Assembly (NCBI RefSeq): GCF_000010065.1 | Contig: NC_006576.1 | Location: forward strand, 120,001-152,000 | Direction: 5' to 3' | Length of the DNA stretch: 32,000 bases | DNA from: Synechococcus elongatus PCC 6301 | Lineage (GTDB): Bacteria > Cyanobacteriota > Cyanobacteriia > Synechococcales > Synechococcaceae | Shown here: piece after piece, positions 9,593 through 19,829 of the stretch | How the letters are laid out: each line of letters starts with the position of its first letter | Numbering within the stretch: position 1 is the stretch's first letter | Made by a program: the position numbers and the translations under genes | Notes under the pieces: generated by a model | What the model saw: only the letters and a program-made list of their open reading frames with translations | Databases searched by the model: none | What the model was told of the DNA's origin: nothing

Positions 9593-10039
9593 ATGCAGGG
9601 TTCGTCACTTTTCTCTTTTGTGCTGCTGACGGTTGCCGTCGCACTGACGCTGAGCTACCTCTGGATTTGGTGGCAACGACTGAAACGCCGTAAACGGCGA
9701 TCGCTGCCGGTGCTCAGCCCCGATTGGTGCGATCGCTTTGAGCAATCACTTCAAGAAGCCCAGCAACAGTTGATTGAGGTGGGCGATCGCTATCGGCAAG
9801 TGGTGCGCGATCGCCAGCGCTGGGAAACGATTCAAGAGGCGCAAGAAGCCGCGCAACAGGAAGGGAAGTCTGCCCGCGATCAGCTACGTAGCTTGGAAGC
9901 CCAGATCCTTGAGCTCCAGGTCAACCTCGAAAGCCGTCTGATCGATTGGCCCGCATTGAAAGAATCGTTCTGGCAGTTCCTTCGTTTTGGCGGCTTAGGA
10001 TTTTTGCTCGGTTGGTTTTTGCATTGTCTCGCTCGCTAG
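9593..10039 (+). CDS. Hypothetical membrane-anchored coiled-coil protein
   Basis: N-terminal TM helix (FSFVLLTVAVALTLSYLWIWW), a long Q/E/R-rich coiled coil, and a C-terminal hydrophobic segment (FLRFGGLGFLLGWFLHCLA). The start could be 9545. Confidence 0.7.
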   Translation: MQGSSLFSFVLLTVAVALTLSYLWIWWQRLKRRKRRSLPVLSPDWCDRFEQSLQEAQQQLIEVGDRYRQVVRDRQRWETIQEAQEAAQQEGKSARDQLRSLEAQILELQVNLESRLIDWPALKESFWQFLRFGGLGFLLGWFLHCLAR

Positions 10040-10098
10040 CTCCGCGTTAGGTCGAACAAGTGGCCCGTGAAAGAATGGGGCAAGCTGCCGCTATCACC

Positions 10099-11823
10099 AT
10101 GCCGATCGACCCTCGCAACCTCAATACTCTTTGGTCTTCTGTTCTAGCGGAGAGCTTTGTGAGGCTGGGACTGCAAACCGTGGTGATCTGCCCAGGCTCC
10201 CGCTCGGCACCGCTGGCAATCGCTTTTGCAGAGCATCCAGAAATCGATGCCATCCCGATTTTGGATGAGCGTTCGGCTGGTTTCTTCGCCCTAGGGCGAG
10301 CAAAAGCCAGTCACCGACCCGTTGCCTTGATCTGTTCCTCTGGAACTGCGGGTGCCAACTTCTATCCGGCAGTGATCGAAGCCAAAGAGAGTGGCGTGCC
10401 GCTACTGGTCATCACCGCCGATCGCCCACCAGAGCTGCGTCAGTGTCATGCCGGCCAGGCGATCGATCAGCTGAGGCTCTTCGGCAGCTATGCGCTTTGG
10501 GAGGCCGAACTGGCCTTGCCTGTGCTGGATTTAGGTTTACTGCGCTACCTGCGACAAACGGCTCAACAGGCTTGGCAACAGGCACTGCGGGGCGGACCGG
10601 TTCATCTCAATCAACCGTTGCGGGAACCCCTCGCGCCGATCGCCGATCCCGCCACTCAAACTTGGTTAGCGCAACAGTGGCCCGGCGAGAATTTCTTCGC
10701 AGAATTGCTTACAGCTGTACCCACCCCACAGATTCAGCAACCGCTACCGCCACTACCCTCACAGGGACTGATTACTGTGGGCCCGATCGCCCCAGAAGAT
10801 CCGGCCGCGTTTGTGCAAGCGATCGCACAGCTTTCAGCGCATCTGGGCTGGCCAGTGCTCAGTGATGCTGTGACGCCCTTGCGACAGTTCGCTGATCACT
10901 GTCCACGGTTGATCAGTAGCTATGACTTGATCCTGCGGCAACCCCACTGGCGAGCCAGTCTCCAGCCTGAAGCAGTGCTGCAAATTGGTGAATTGCCCAC
11001 CAGCAAGGAACTGCGGCTGTGGTTGACTGAGCAAACCTGCCCCCGCTGGATTGTGTCGCCCCGTCCAGAGAATTTTGATCCCCTGCACGGATCCAGCCAT
11101 CATCTGCCGGTGACGGTAGAGGCGATCGCCATCCCAGCCACAATCGCACCTGCCAGTGACTATAGTCGCCAGTGGCAGCAAGCAGAGACTGCTGTTCAAG
11201 CCGCGATCGCCCAGCATCTAGCCCAGGTTCCTGACCTGACAGAACCTGGCATTGCTCGGTTGCTCAGTCAGCATCTACCTGCGCAAACGCCGATCTTTGT
11301 GGCCAATAGTACGCCGATTCGCGATCTGGAATGGTTTTGGCTGGCGAATGATCAGCGGCGATCGCTCTACTGCAGTCGCGGAGCCAATGGCATTGATGGC
11401 ACGCTCTCCACCGCGATCGGGATTGCCCATCAAAATCGCCCCAGTGTGCTGATTACCGGTGATCTCTCGCTCTTGCATGACAGCAATGGCTTTCTGCAGC
11501 GATCGCAGTTGCAGGGGCATCTCACCGTGGTGTTGATCGATAATTCCGGCGGCGGCATCTTTGAGTTGCTGCCGATTCGCGACTGTGGACCCAGTTTTGA
11601 GCCCTTTGTAGCCACTCCGCAAACGGTGGACTTTGCTGCACTTTGCCAAGCCTACGGCGTCGATTATCAGGCGATCGCCACTGAGGCGGAGCTGATCAAA
11701 GCGATTCAAACCCTGCCGACATCTGGCATCCGAGTCCTCCATCTGTTCACCGATCGCCGACAAAATGCCGCTTGGCGACGCGCCTTATTTGCCGAGCTAG
11801 CGGCGATCCCCAGCCAGAGCTGA
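10099..11823 (+). CDS. menD: 2-succinyl-5-enolpyruvyl-6-hydroxy-3-cyclohexene-1-carboxylate synthase (MenD)
   Basis: SFVRLGLQTVVICPGSRSAPLAIAF, DERSAGFFALGRAKAS, SSGTAGANFYPAVIEA, ADRPPELRQCHAGQAIDQ, YCSRGANGIDGTLSTAIG. Confidence 0.95.
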   Translation: MPIDPRNLNTLWSSVLAESFVRLGLQTVVICPGSRSAPLAIAFAEHPEIDAIPILDERSAGFFALGRAKASHRPVALICSSGTAGANFYPAVIEAKESGVPLLVITADRPPELRQCHAGQAIDQLRLFGSYALWEAELALPVLDLGLLRYLRQTAQQAWQQALRGGPVHLNQPLREPLAPIADPATQTWLAQQWPGENFFAELLTAVPTPQIQQPLPPLPSQGLITVGPIAPEDPAAFVQAIAQLSAHLGWPVLSDAVTPLRQFADHCPRLISSYDLILRQPHWRASLQPEAVLQIGELPTSKELRLWLTEQTCPRWIVSPRPENFDPLHGSSHHLPVTVEAIAIPATIAPASDYSRQWQQAETAVQAAIAQHLAQVPDLTEPGIARLLSQHLPAQTPIFVANSTPIRDLEWFWLANDQRRSLYCSRGANGIDGTLSTAIGIAHQNRPSVLITGDLSLLHDSNGFLQRSQLQGHLTVVLIDNSGGGIFELLPIRDCGPSFEPFVATPQTVDFAALCQAYGVDYQAIATEAELIKAIQTLPTSGIRVLHLFTDRRQNAAWRRALFAELAAIPSQS

Positions 11824-11943
11824 AATCGGGACACCGGCCAATGGTAGATTGATCCCCAGAAGCGGCAAATTGCCGAACAAGCGGTGATTATCAGAGCCAT
11901 TAGCTTTTCTCAATCACCTTGGCAGCAGTGAGGGCTACTATTC

Positions 11944-12543
11944 ATGACGAGCGGAAACTCCCGACCTTCTAGTCGTCGACGGACGCCTCGGCCCGCCGCA
12001 GAACCTCAACCGACGCCAACCGAAACGTCTGCTATGACGCCAGAGACGCCGACCACTCCCGACCCGATGCCTGAAGCCGCAGACACCCCCCCCCAGCCCG
12101 AACCCATTGCTCCTGAACCTGCTGAGGCTCCTACCATGTCTACCTCCGACACTGCGATTACGCCGACCAAAGGGACTGAGTCCAGCGCGATCGTGCATGA
12201 TGTGCAAGGTAATGCCCTGATCCTCAAAGGAACGGGTGGCTTGCCCAGCGATCGCCCTATTGGCATCAGCAACTTGGCAGTTTCTCGCACCTATGGGACG
12301 AATGCGATTCGCCCCATAGGCGTCAGCGCAATCACGGTCGTAGGCTCCTATCGCGATCCGGAGCAGCGCCCAATCACGGCGGATAACTTCACGATCGTCA
12401 AAGTGCAAAACGATGCAGGCGCCCGTCCCACGATGGCCAGCACGCTCAAAATCGATCGCATCGAATCCGCCTTTGGTCTGCGCCCCGTTGCCTCTAACGC
12501 GATTGATCCCGCCTCCCCAGAGTTGATGGGCTACCTCGACTAG
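11944..12543 (+). CDS. Hypothetical protein with Pro/Thr/Glu-rich N-terminus and RPIG-type degenerate repeats
   Basis: Long Pro-rich region, then DRPIGISNLAVSRTYG, IRPIGVSAITVVGSYRDP, QRPITADNFTIV. Followed by a strong terminator. ATG at 11944. Confidence 0.75.
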   Translation: MTSGNSRPSSRRRTPRPAAEPQPTPTETSAMTPETPTTPDPMPEAADTPPQPEPIAPEPAEAPTMSTSDTAITPTKGTESSAIVHDVQGNALILKGTGGLPSDRPIGISNLAVSRTYGTNAIRPIGVSAITVVGSYRDPEQRPITADNFTIVKVQNDAGARPTMASTLKIDRIESAFGLRPVASNAIDPASPELMGYLD

Positions 12544-12581
12544 CGGGCTGCGATTGCCAACTGGTTTTCCTCCTCACTGGG

Positions 12582-12619
12582 AATCCCTGCAAATCCAACT
12601 GGACGAGCAGGGATTTTTT
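12582..12619 (+). terminator. Rho-independent terminator of the 11944-12543 gene
   Basis: AATCCCTGC (12582-12590) pairs with GCAGGGATT (12607-12615), followed by a T run. Confidence 0.75.
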
Positions 12620-12756
12620 AATGCGGCTCTACTGGAGAGCCGTCAGCAAGACAGCTAAAGCGATCGCTCGGACAGCAGGAGCAGATTCGGCGGACCCATC
12701 GTTAGGACAGGGAATCGGAGGACGAGCCCGCCCTCTTGGACTGGGGCGATCGCAAC

Positions 12757-13815
12757 CTAGGGGTAGTAGCAGAGTGTGGGCAGACCTAAGCCTTCCTCCC
12801 AGCCCTGCATTAGGTTCAGGCATTGAATCGCCTGTCCTGCCTGTCCTTTGATCAAGTTATCGATCGCGGATAGCAAGACAATTCGCCCCGTGCGAGCATC
12901 GACCTCTAAGCCGAGATAGCAGAGGTTAGTGCCCGCTGCCCACTTGGTTTGTGGATAAGTCCCGTGCGTCAGTACCTTGACCATGGGAGCGTTGCGGTAA
13001 AAGGCCTGATAGACCGTCAAGCAATCTTCAGTCGTCAGATTGGGATCACGCAGCTTGGCGTAGATCGTGGCGTGAATCCCCCGTACCATCGGCATTAGGT
13101 GGGGCGTGAATTGCAACAGCACCTCATGACCGCTGAGGTCGCTACAGATTTGCTCGATTTCGGGAGTATGGCGGTGCCGAGCGACGCCATAGGCCCCGAC
13201 GGAATTACCTGCTTCCGCGAGCAAGGCATTGGTCTTCGCCTGGCGGCCGGCCCCAGAAGTGCCCGATTTGGCATCGATCACAATCGTGTCGGGGTCGATC
13301 AAGCCCTGTTTAAGAGCCGGTGCTAGCGCCAGCAAGCTGGCCGTAGGATAGCAACCAGGGCAGCCAATCAGCTGGGCATTGGCAATGCGGTTGCGATAGA
13401 GCTCTGGCAGACCGTAAATGGCCGTGTGCGCGACCGCGGCATCTTGGCGATCGCCGCCGTACCAAAGTGCATAGGTCTTGAGGTCGTGGAAGCGATAGTC
13501 TGCCGAGAGGTCCAAAACCTTGCAGCCCCGCTCCAGTAAGGCCGGCGCTAGATCGTAGGCCAAACCATTGGGAAGCGAGAGGAATACTGCCGCACAACGC
13601 TCAGCAATGCGGTCGACGTCGATCGCTTCGATCGTCAGGTTGAGGTGGGGGCCGAGGTGGGGATAGAGCTCAGCAAACTCTTTACCGGCACTGCGATCGC
13701 CCCCAAGGTAAGCAACCTCCAGTTGCGGGTGATCTTGCAAAAGCCGGACGAGCTGTACGCCACCATAGCCTGAAGCGCCAATAATACCGACGGGAAGACG
13801 GGAAGACTCGTGCAT
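12757..13815 (-). CDS. argC: N-acetyl-gamma-glutamyl-phosphate reductase (352 aa)
   Basis: [76 protein letters not shown] at 13815. Confidence 0.95.
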   Translation of the reverse strand: MHESSRLPVGIIGASGYGGVQLVRLLQDHPQLEVAYLGGDRSAGKEFAELYPHLGPHLNLTIEAIDVDRIAERCAAVFLSLPNGLAYDLAPALLERGCKVLDLSADYRFHDLKTYALWYGGDRQDAAVAHTAIYGLPELYRNRIANAQLIGCPGCYPTASLLALAPALKQGLIDPDTIVIDAKSGTSGAGRQAKTNALLAEAGNSVGAYGVARHRHTPEIEQICSDLSGHEVLLQFTPHLMPMVRGIHATIYAKLRDPNLTTEDCLTVYQAFYRNAPMVKVLTHGTYPQTKWAAGTNLCYLGLEVDARTGRIVLLSAIDNLIKGQAGQAIQCLNLMQGWEEGLGLPTLCYYP

Positions 13816-14078
13816 GAACGCAGCCACAGGCCAAACAGCAATGGAGCAGCATTTTAGCGCTTCGTGGGGGCTCTCAGGCAGCCACGGCGATCGCCTGATG
13901 CTTCAGATTGAGACCCCGCCTGCTCAAACGATGCCTGCGATCGCCTAGCTGAGCGAGTTATCCCCTTTTGGTCAGGGTGAGGGCTGCTAGCCCAGGCTCC
14001 CAAATCCCTCCTATGGCGCTGCCCAGACCGGAGTTTCTCAGAGAATTAAGATGAAACTATGACTTTTGTAAGCCTTGA

Positions 14079-15773
14079 TTGGCTGCTGTGACTTTGCCAG
14101 AAGACTTTCAGTTTGATGCGATCGCCGACGCGATCGCGGAAATCAAAGCCGGTCGCTCGGTGGTGGTGGTTGACGATGAAAACCGCGAAAACGAAGGTGA
14201 CCTGATCTGTGCGGCTCAGTTTGCCACCCCCGAAAAGATCAACTTCATGGCGGTGGAAGCCAGAGGCTTAATCTGTCTGGCTATGACGGGCGATCGCCTC
14301 GATCAACTCGATTTGCCGCTGATGGTCGATCGCAACACCGACAGCAATCAAACTGCCTTTACCGTCAGCATTGATGCGGCCCCCCATCTCGGCGTCAGCA
14401 CTGGTATTTCTGCTGAGGATCGGGCGCGAACGATTCAAGCCACGATCAATCCCCTGACCAAGCCCCACGATCTGCGCCGCCCCGGTCACATTTTTCCGCT
14501 GCGATCGCGGGAGGGCGGTGTCCTCAAGCGGGCTGGACATACCGAAGCCGCTGTCGATCTAGCACGGATGGCTGGGCTCTATCCCGCTGGGGTGATCTGT
14601 GAGATCCAGAATCCCAATGGATCGATGGCGCGGCTGCCGGATTTGATTGACTACGCTCGTCAGCATCGGCTGAAACTGATCAGCATTGCTGATCTGATCA
14701 GCTATCGGCTGCAACATGAGCGCTTCGTGATTCGCGAAACGATCGCGACTTTGCCGAGTGAGTTCGGGCAGTTCACGATTTTTGCCTACCGCAACAGCTT
14801 GGATGGCTCAGAGCATGTGGCGCTGGTCAAGGGCGATCCCAGCCGCTTTAGTCAGCAGCCAGTCATGGTGCGCGTTCACTCCGAATGTCTGACCGGTGAT
14901 GCCTTCGGTTCACTGCGCTGCGATTGCCGGATGCAGCTGCAGGCCGCGATGAAGATGATTGAAAATGCTGGTCAGGGCGTGATTGTCTACCTACGGCAAG
15001 AAGGTCGTGGCATTGGCCTAATCAACAAACTCAAGGCTTATTCACTACAAGATTTGGGGCTAGATACCGTCGAAGCCAACGCCCGCCTTGGCTTTCCGGC
15101 TGACCTGCGCAATTACGGCGTGGGGGCGCAAATCCTCAACGACCTAGGGGTAACGCGCATTCGTCTGATCACCAACAATCCCCGCAAAATTGCCGGCCTC
15201 AAGGGCTATGGACTAGAAGTGGTCGATCGCGTCCCCCTGCTGATTGAAGCCACCCCCTACAATTCGTCTTATCTGGCGACTAAGGGTGAAAAACTCGGCC
15301 ACTTGCTCCTCAAAACCCATCTAGCCGCGATCGCTCTGCATCTCACGCCGGAATTACAGAACAATCCCTATCGCCAAACGCTGATTGGTCAGATTCGCAG
15401 TCTGGTGCAAGGAGAGGGATTATTCCTGCAAGAAGAGCTGCGATCGGTGGCGTCAGCGCTCTTTGGCCCCCAGGTCCTAACCCTGCAGGTCGGCTTGGCC
15501 CAGTCAGAAGCGATCGCAGCGGACTGGTACCGCTCGCCCGATTCCCCACTGGCCGACCAGCTGCAGCATTGCTTGGAACAAATGGCTGCGATCGATGGCT
15601 TAGAAGATCTGGAATTTCTGCTGGCGGATGGTCATGACCCGCTAACTAGCTTGCAGGTGCAGCTCGATCGCCAGTCGTTACCGCTACCGGATCTGAGCCG
15701 CCAGTTCAAAACCCTGAAGCTGCAGCAGATCTATCACTTACAGCTGCAGGAACGACCGAGCTTTGTCAGCTGA
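14079..15773 (+). CDS. ribBA: Bifunctional 3,4-dihydroxy-2-butanone-4-phosphate synthase / GTP cyclohydrolase II, with C-terminal extension
   Basis: DHBP synthase: [52 protein letters not shown]: [61 protein letters not shown] start at 14079. Confidence 0.95.
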   Translation: MAAVTLPEDFQFDAIADAIAEIKAGRSVVVVDDENRENEGDLICAAQFATPEKINFMAVEARGLICLAMTGDRLDQLDLPLMVDRNTDSNQTAFTVSIDAAPHLGVSTGISAEDRARTIQATINPLTKPHDLRRPGHIFPLRSREGGVLKRAGHTEAAVDLARMAGLYPAGVICEIQNPNGSMARLPDLIDYARQHRLKLISIADLISYRLQHERFVIRETIATLPSEFGQFTIFAYRNSLDGSEHVALVKGDPSRFSQQPVMVRVHSECLTGDAFGSLRCDCRMQLQAAMKMIENAGQGVIVYLRQEGRGIGLINKLKAYSLQDLGLDTVEANARLGFPADLRNYGVGAQILNDLGVTRIRLITNNPRKIAGLKGYGLEVVDRVPLLIEATPYNSSYLATKGEKLGHLLLKTHLAAIALHLTPELQNNPYRQTLIGQIRSLVQGEGLFLQEELRSVASALFGPQVLTLQVGLAQSEAIAADWYRSPDSPLADQLQHCLEQMAAIDGLEDLEFLLADGHDPLTSLQVQLDRQSLPLPDLSRQFKTLKLQQIYHLQLQERPSFVS

Positions 15774-15811
15774 GGCTCACACGAAACAAACCCCAGCTGA
15801 ACTTAGGTTAG

Positions 15812-16249
15812 CTAGGCAGCATCGGTCACGATTTTGACGGAGAGAATGCGATCGCCATTGCGCAGCGATCGCACTACTTTCAGGCTCTCGTCATCTTCGG
15901 TCTGCCCAAAGGTCGTATGCACGCCGTCCAAATGGGGCTGGGGCTCATGGCAGATAAAGAACTGGCTGCCACCCGTATTCCGACCCGCATGGGCCATCGA
16001 CAGCGTTCCGGCTAGGTGGGGATTATCGTTGATTTCACAGGGGATTTTGTAGCCGGGGCCGCCGGTGCCAGTCCCATGGGGGCAGCCGCCCTGGCTCATA
16101 AACCCAGGAATGACGCGGTGGAAGGTCAGCCCATCGTAGAAGCCATCTTGCGAGAGCTTCACAAAGTTAGCAACCGTGTTCGGCGCGTCGTTGTCAAAAA
16201 ATTGCAGGCGGATCGTGCCTTTCTCGGTTTCCAGAATGGCTTGGGTCAT
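15812..16249 (-). CDS. Peptidyl-prolyl cis-trans isomerase, cyclophilin type
   Basis: [75 protein letters not shown]. Confidence 0.95.
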   Translation of the reverse strand: MTQAILETEKGTIRLQFFDNDAPNTVANFVKLSQDGFYDGLTFHRVIPGFMSQGGCPHGTGTGGPGYKIPCEINDNPHLAGTLSMAHAGRNTGGSQFFICHEPQPHLDGVHTTFGQTEDDESLKVVRSLRNGDRILSVKIVTDAA

Positions 16250-16461
16250 TCAGACTGCGTGGATAAGTGGATCTCCTGTGATCCTAGCCCGTTGCTCAGC
16301 TGCAACTAGTTGATGCAAGCAGGAGACGGGGAACCCTTGAGACTGAAACTACATCAACTAGCCTACGGCGATCGCAAAGCTGGAGCCCCGATCGACTCTT
16401 GGATGCGATCGCCCGTCACTGAGAGTGATTACTCAGTGTGTCGGTACCGTATTGGCAGATT

Positions 16462-16530
16462 TTGTCAAGTTCATAGGCAACATTATGTTTTGCGCATTGT
16501 ACCTAAATTTAAATTACAGTTTTAAATTTA
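16462..16530 (+). promoter_or_regulatory. Candidate promoter and 10-bp AT palindrome upstream of the orphan gene at 16626
   Basis: TTGTCA (16462-16467), 16 nt, TATGTT (16484-16489); downstream perfect inverted repeat TAAATTTAAA-TTACAGT-TTTAAATTTA (16504-16530). Confidence 0.4.
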
Positions 16531-16625
16531 CTCAAGGGGTAGGCTGATGGTAGAGCACTTCCCACGAGAAATAGAGGTCACAGCCTGTTGCCAGACAACA
16601 GCTTTTCCCAGAGCAGTCTGCTTCG

Positions 16626-17483
16626 ATGACTGTTTTTGAGGAACTGAATGAAGCGGCACGCACTTTTGTGGGCCCAATCTTCATCCTGTTGCCCGACTAT
16701 TATCGATTTCCTGGAACCCCTCATCTCCACATTGATTTATCGAGGGCTGGGCTACTACGCGGTAGTCAATATCATGTGTATCACGAGGGAAATCGCCTAC
16801 TCTACACCAGTGACCAGCGTTACTTTGGTGCCAATCTGCGCGATCAACGGTTAGTGGCTGCCTCACCCCACGGCACTTGTTTATTTGTTCAATTTTCTGA
16901 TGGTCGCAAGCTGAATCGAGTCCTGATTTGGATCTGTAAGCGTCGTGATCATCCCCAATTAGCTTCTAGTTTGCGCTCGAAAAAGTCGGTGGGAGAAAGA
17001 CTGAGGGACACCCAGACTTGGCAGCCTCTCAAAAAAGCCCGCGATCGCGTTGTGCAAATGTCAAAGCTCAACGAAGTTCTGCGAATCGAAGGCCACATTA
17101 AACCCACTTCTGGCTCTCGGGTCTGTCTGAGCCTAGAACCTATCCTTGTGCTGCAAGGTCAGACTGAACTGCACCACTCGGGGCGATCGCAGGTGGTCGC
17201 GACTGGATCAGGAGCTTGCATGGGCACACTCCAAGCAGTTTCGAGAGGACAATCCCACTGTCAGAGCCAAGGCTGCACCCTTGTGGTCGGTCAACTGCGT
17301 GCTCGCCAGGCATCGTCCTCGAAACTAGAGTCTCACTTCCGGGTCTGCCCACGAGACCCCAGCGCCCCAGAGATGGACTACATCTATGGGGCTTTTGGAC
17401 GAGCGTTGCTCAAACATCGCGATCGCTACTGGTTCAGCTTTGATCCCATCTTGGCGGGCATTCCCATGCCCCCCGATGCCTAG
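16626..17483 (+). CDS. Hypothetical protein, no family recognised
   Basis: 285-aa ORF from ATG, MTVFEELNEAARTFVGPIFILLPDYYRFPGTPHLHIDLSRAGLL...; low-complexity regions absent. No motif I can name. Confidence 0.6.
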   Translation: MTVFEELNEAARTFVGPIFILLPDYYRFPGTPHLHIDLSRAGLLRGSQYHVYHEGNRLLYTSDQRYFGANLRDQRLVAASPHGTCLFVQFSDGRKLNRVLIWICKRRDHPQLASSLRSKKSVGERLRDTQTWQPLKKARDRVVQMSKLNEVLRIEGHIKPTSGSRVCLSLEPILVLQGQTELHHSGRSQVVATGSGACMGTLQAVSRGQSHCQSQGCTLVVGQLRARQASSSKLESHFRVCPRDPSAPEMDYIYGAFGRALLKHRDRYWFSFDPILAGIPMPPDA

Positions 17484-17531
17484 CGATCGCCGCAGGAAAA
17501 CCCCAAAAACTTGATGAGGTTAATTGCTTAG

Positions 17532-17942
17532 ATGACGGTGGCTCTTGGTTTAGAACTGCGCAATAGCCTATGTGAGCTGATTCGCGATCGGGCAAGTAAT
17601 GGCGCGCTGATTCTTTACGCAGGCTATGACCCGCATAGCGATCAACTGACGGAAGAGATCGTCCGGTTTCCCCTCGCGGCCCAACCCTTTCGGCCGGTTG
17701 AGTCAGGTACGATGGCTGCTGCGCCGATCGCGCCAGCTCGCTGCAGTCGTGGGGGCGCGCTGCGCTATTGGGAAATACGCTCTAGTCCACTCCATGACAC
17801 CCATCCTGACCAGATGCTTTTGCGGGGTAGCATCGGGGACATTACCAATCCCGGAGACGCAGATTTGGTGCTGGATACCGTCGCGGTTCTGCAAAACCAG
17901 GCGATCGCAATCGCCAGCTTTACCTACTCTGCCCCCCTCTGA
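17532..17942 (+). CDS. Small protein resembling a phage virion-associated family
   Basis: LRNSLCELI...GALILYAGYDPHSDQL...SGTMAAAPIAPA...LLRGSIGDITNPGDADLVLDTVAVLQNQAIAIASFTYSAP matches a layout common in phage structural modules: RN..l..i....g.l.IYtG..P ... GsiG...aDl.ld...v..g..v.i.sFt.t.P. Confidence 0.65.
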   Translation: MTVALGLELRNSLCELIRDRASNGALILYAGYDPHSDQLTEEIVRFPLAAQPFRPVESGTMAAAPIAPARCSRGGALRYWEIRSSPLHDTHPDQMLLRGSIGDITNPGDADLVLDTVAVLQNQAIAIASFTYSAPL

Positions 17943-18204
17943 GCGGCGTGACACAACTCACGTTGCCTTGGGGACAGGTTGAGGATTTGAAAAAAGGAGA
18001 GATCTAACCGCGACGCCGTTTTACCTCAGATTTCGACCTGGGAGAACCAGGGGGGAGCTTGCGGCCAACATTAAGTTTCCGAGTCAAGCTCGGTCTACTG
18101 CCGTCGGCTCTGCGAGAGCGCCCAACTTCGAAAGGTATAGATCAAAAAACATTGTTGGCAGTCACCAACGTCGCAGCCAGATCTGAGGTCATCCTAGCAG
18201 GCTT

Positions 18205-19392
18205 CTAGGGTTGGTGGGCAGTGTCTGGATTTGGCCAGATCGCCTCAACCTGAGCCAGCATAGTTTGCGCCTGTTGCGCTCGCTCCGTGGACGACGCGCC
18301 AGAGAGCGGCAGTGTGATATGTCCCAACTTACGACCAGGCTTCGACTCCGTTTTGCCATACCAGTAGAGACAGGCCCCAGGTAGCGCGGCGAGTTGCTGG
18401 CGCAGTTCTGCATAGCCACTCTGGTGATCCTCGAAGCCGAGGAGATTAACCATTAAGGCACCGGGCCACTGCAATGCTGTCGATCCCAAAGGCAGATCAG
18501 CGATCGCTCGCAACTGCTGTTCAAACTGCGAAGTCTGGCAGGCGTCCAAGCTGTAGTGTCCTGAGTTGTGGGTGCGGGGCGCAATTTCGTTCACCCAGAG
18601 GCGATCGCCCTGCTGAAAGAGTTCAATGCCCGCGACGCCAACATAATCGACCGTCTCAACGAGGGTTCGGGCGATCGCAGCAACGGCTTTTTGCAACGCG
18701 CCTGGGATGGCAGCAGGAGCAACGACCCAACGACAGACCTGATTCTGCTGATGGGTCTGAACCACAGGGAAAGTCGCGATCGCCCCACTCTGACTACGGG
18801 CAACCATCACCGCTAATTCCTGCTCAAAGGGAATGAACTCTTCGAGGAGTAGTGGCGTATCGCCATAAGACTGCAAGGCTTGTTGAAGTTCTGCTAGCGA
18901 TCGCAAAACCTGTGTTCCCTTGCCGTCGTAGCCATGGCGGCGTTGCTTCAGCACCACCGGAAAGCCCAAGGCTGTTAGCTCCGACTCTGTTGCGGTTGCT
19001 GCCGCGATCGCTAAAAAGCGTGGGGTTGGCAATCCCAGACGAGTCAATAGTTGTCGCTGATCAAGTTTGTCGAGCAGGGAGGCGATCGCCGCTGGACGGG
19101 GGCGAAACCGGACACCAGTTTCCTCCAGCTCGGTCAAAGCCGGCAGATCAACAAACTCATTTTCGAATGTGATGACGTCACAGGCTTGAGCCAATTTCGC
19201 AGTCGCTGCAGCGTCAGCAACTGCTGCTAATACGGTTTGATCCGCGATCGCTACTGCTGGGTCGTGATCATTGGGTGTTTGAACGTGCAGCGACATCCCC
19301 AACTGTTGCGCTGCTGGTGCCAGCATCCAAGCTAACTGGCCACCACCAATCACTCCAACGTGCTGGACAGGGGAGACTGCGATCGCATTCAT
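18205..19392 (-). CDS. purK: N5-carboxyaminoimidazole ribonucleotide synthase
   Basis: VGVIGGGQLAWMLAPAAQQLG, DVITFENEFVDLPAL, VVLKQRRHGYDGKGTQVL, VNEIAPRTHNSGHYSLDACQTSQFEQQLRAI. ATG at 19392. Confidence 0.95.
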   Translation of the reverse strand: MNAIAVSPVQHVGVIGGGQLAWMLAPAAQQLGMSLHVQTPNDHDPAVAIADQTVLAAVADAAATAKLAQACDVITFENEFVDLPALTELEETGVRFRPRPAAIASLLDKLDQRQLLTRLGLPTPRFLAIAAATATESELTALGFPVVLKQRRHGYDGKGTQVLRSLAELQQALQSYGDTPLLLEEFIPFEQELAVMVARSQSGAIATFPVVQTHQQNQVCRWVVAPAAIPGALQKAVAAIARTLVETVDYVGVAGIELFQQGDRLWVNEIAPRTHNSGHYSLDACQTSQFEQQLRAIADLPLGSTALQWPGALMVNLLGFEDHQSGYAELRQQLAALPGACLYWYGKTESKPGRKLGHITLPLSGASSTERAQQAQTMLAQVEAIWPNPDTAHQP

Positions 19393-19443
19393 GGGCGTAG
19401 AGCAAAAGGGAAAGAGTCCGCCATCCTCAAGAATGGCAGACAG

Positions 19444-19471
19444 AAAAAAGCCCCTGCCCAAAGGCAGGAGC
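19444..19471 (-). terminator. Rho-independent terminator of the rbcLS transcript
   Basis: Minus strand GCTCCTGCC-TTTG-GGCAGGGGC followed by TTTTTT. Confidence 0.85.
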
Positions 19472-19493
19472 AGCTATCAAGACAAATCAGGCT

Positions 19494-19829
19494 TTAGTAG
19501 CGGCCGGGACGATGAACGATGAAGCTCACGGTTTGGCACTGCTTGATGTTGTCGAAGCCAGCGACACGGATGTAGCAATCACCGTATTCGCTGCGGCACT
19601 CACGCACTTCATCGAGGACTTGCTGAGGGCTCTTGCAGTCAAACAGGGGGAGCTTCCACATCGTCCAGTAGAACTCTTCCGGATTCGAGTGCTCGTTGAA
19701 CTCGATCAAGGGGTGGAAGCCTTGCTCGATCATGTACTCGATTTGTGCAGCGATTTGGCGATCGCTGAGGGGAGGCAGGTACGAGAAAGTCTCGAAACGA
19801 CGCTCTTTGGGCAGAGTTTTCATGCTCAT
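19494..19829 (-). CDS. rbcS: Ribulose bisphosphate carboxylase small subunit (111 aa)
   Basis: [63 protein letters not shown] is the form IB cyanobacterial RbcS. Confidence 0.99.
   Translation of the reverse strand: MSMKTLPKERRFETFSYLPPLSDRQIAAQIEYMIEQGFHPLIEFNEHSNPEEFYWTMWKLPLFDCKSPQQVLDEVRECRSEYGDCYIRVAGFDNIKQCQTVSFIVHRPGRY

Noticed and set aside
11938-12408. 156-aa - strand ORF over the Pro-rich gene
   Set aside because: Antisense of a Pro-rich tract gives an apparent Gly/Arg-rich ORF; the + strand ORF has a downstream terminator.
13830-14078. Possible FMN riboswitch upstream of ribBA
   Set aside because: I looked for the conserved AGGAUCuuCGGGGC-type and related FMN motifs and found none in this interval.
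16250-18204. Full prophage or insertion sequence in the orphan island
   Set aside because: No integrase, transposase, terminal inverted repeats or target-site duplication visible; only a single phage-like protein.
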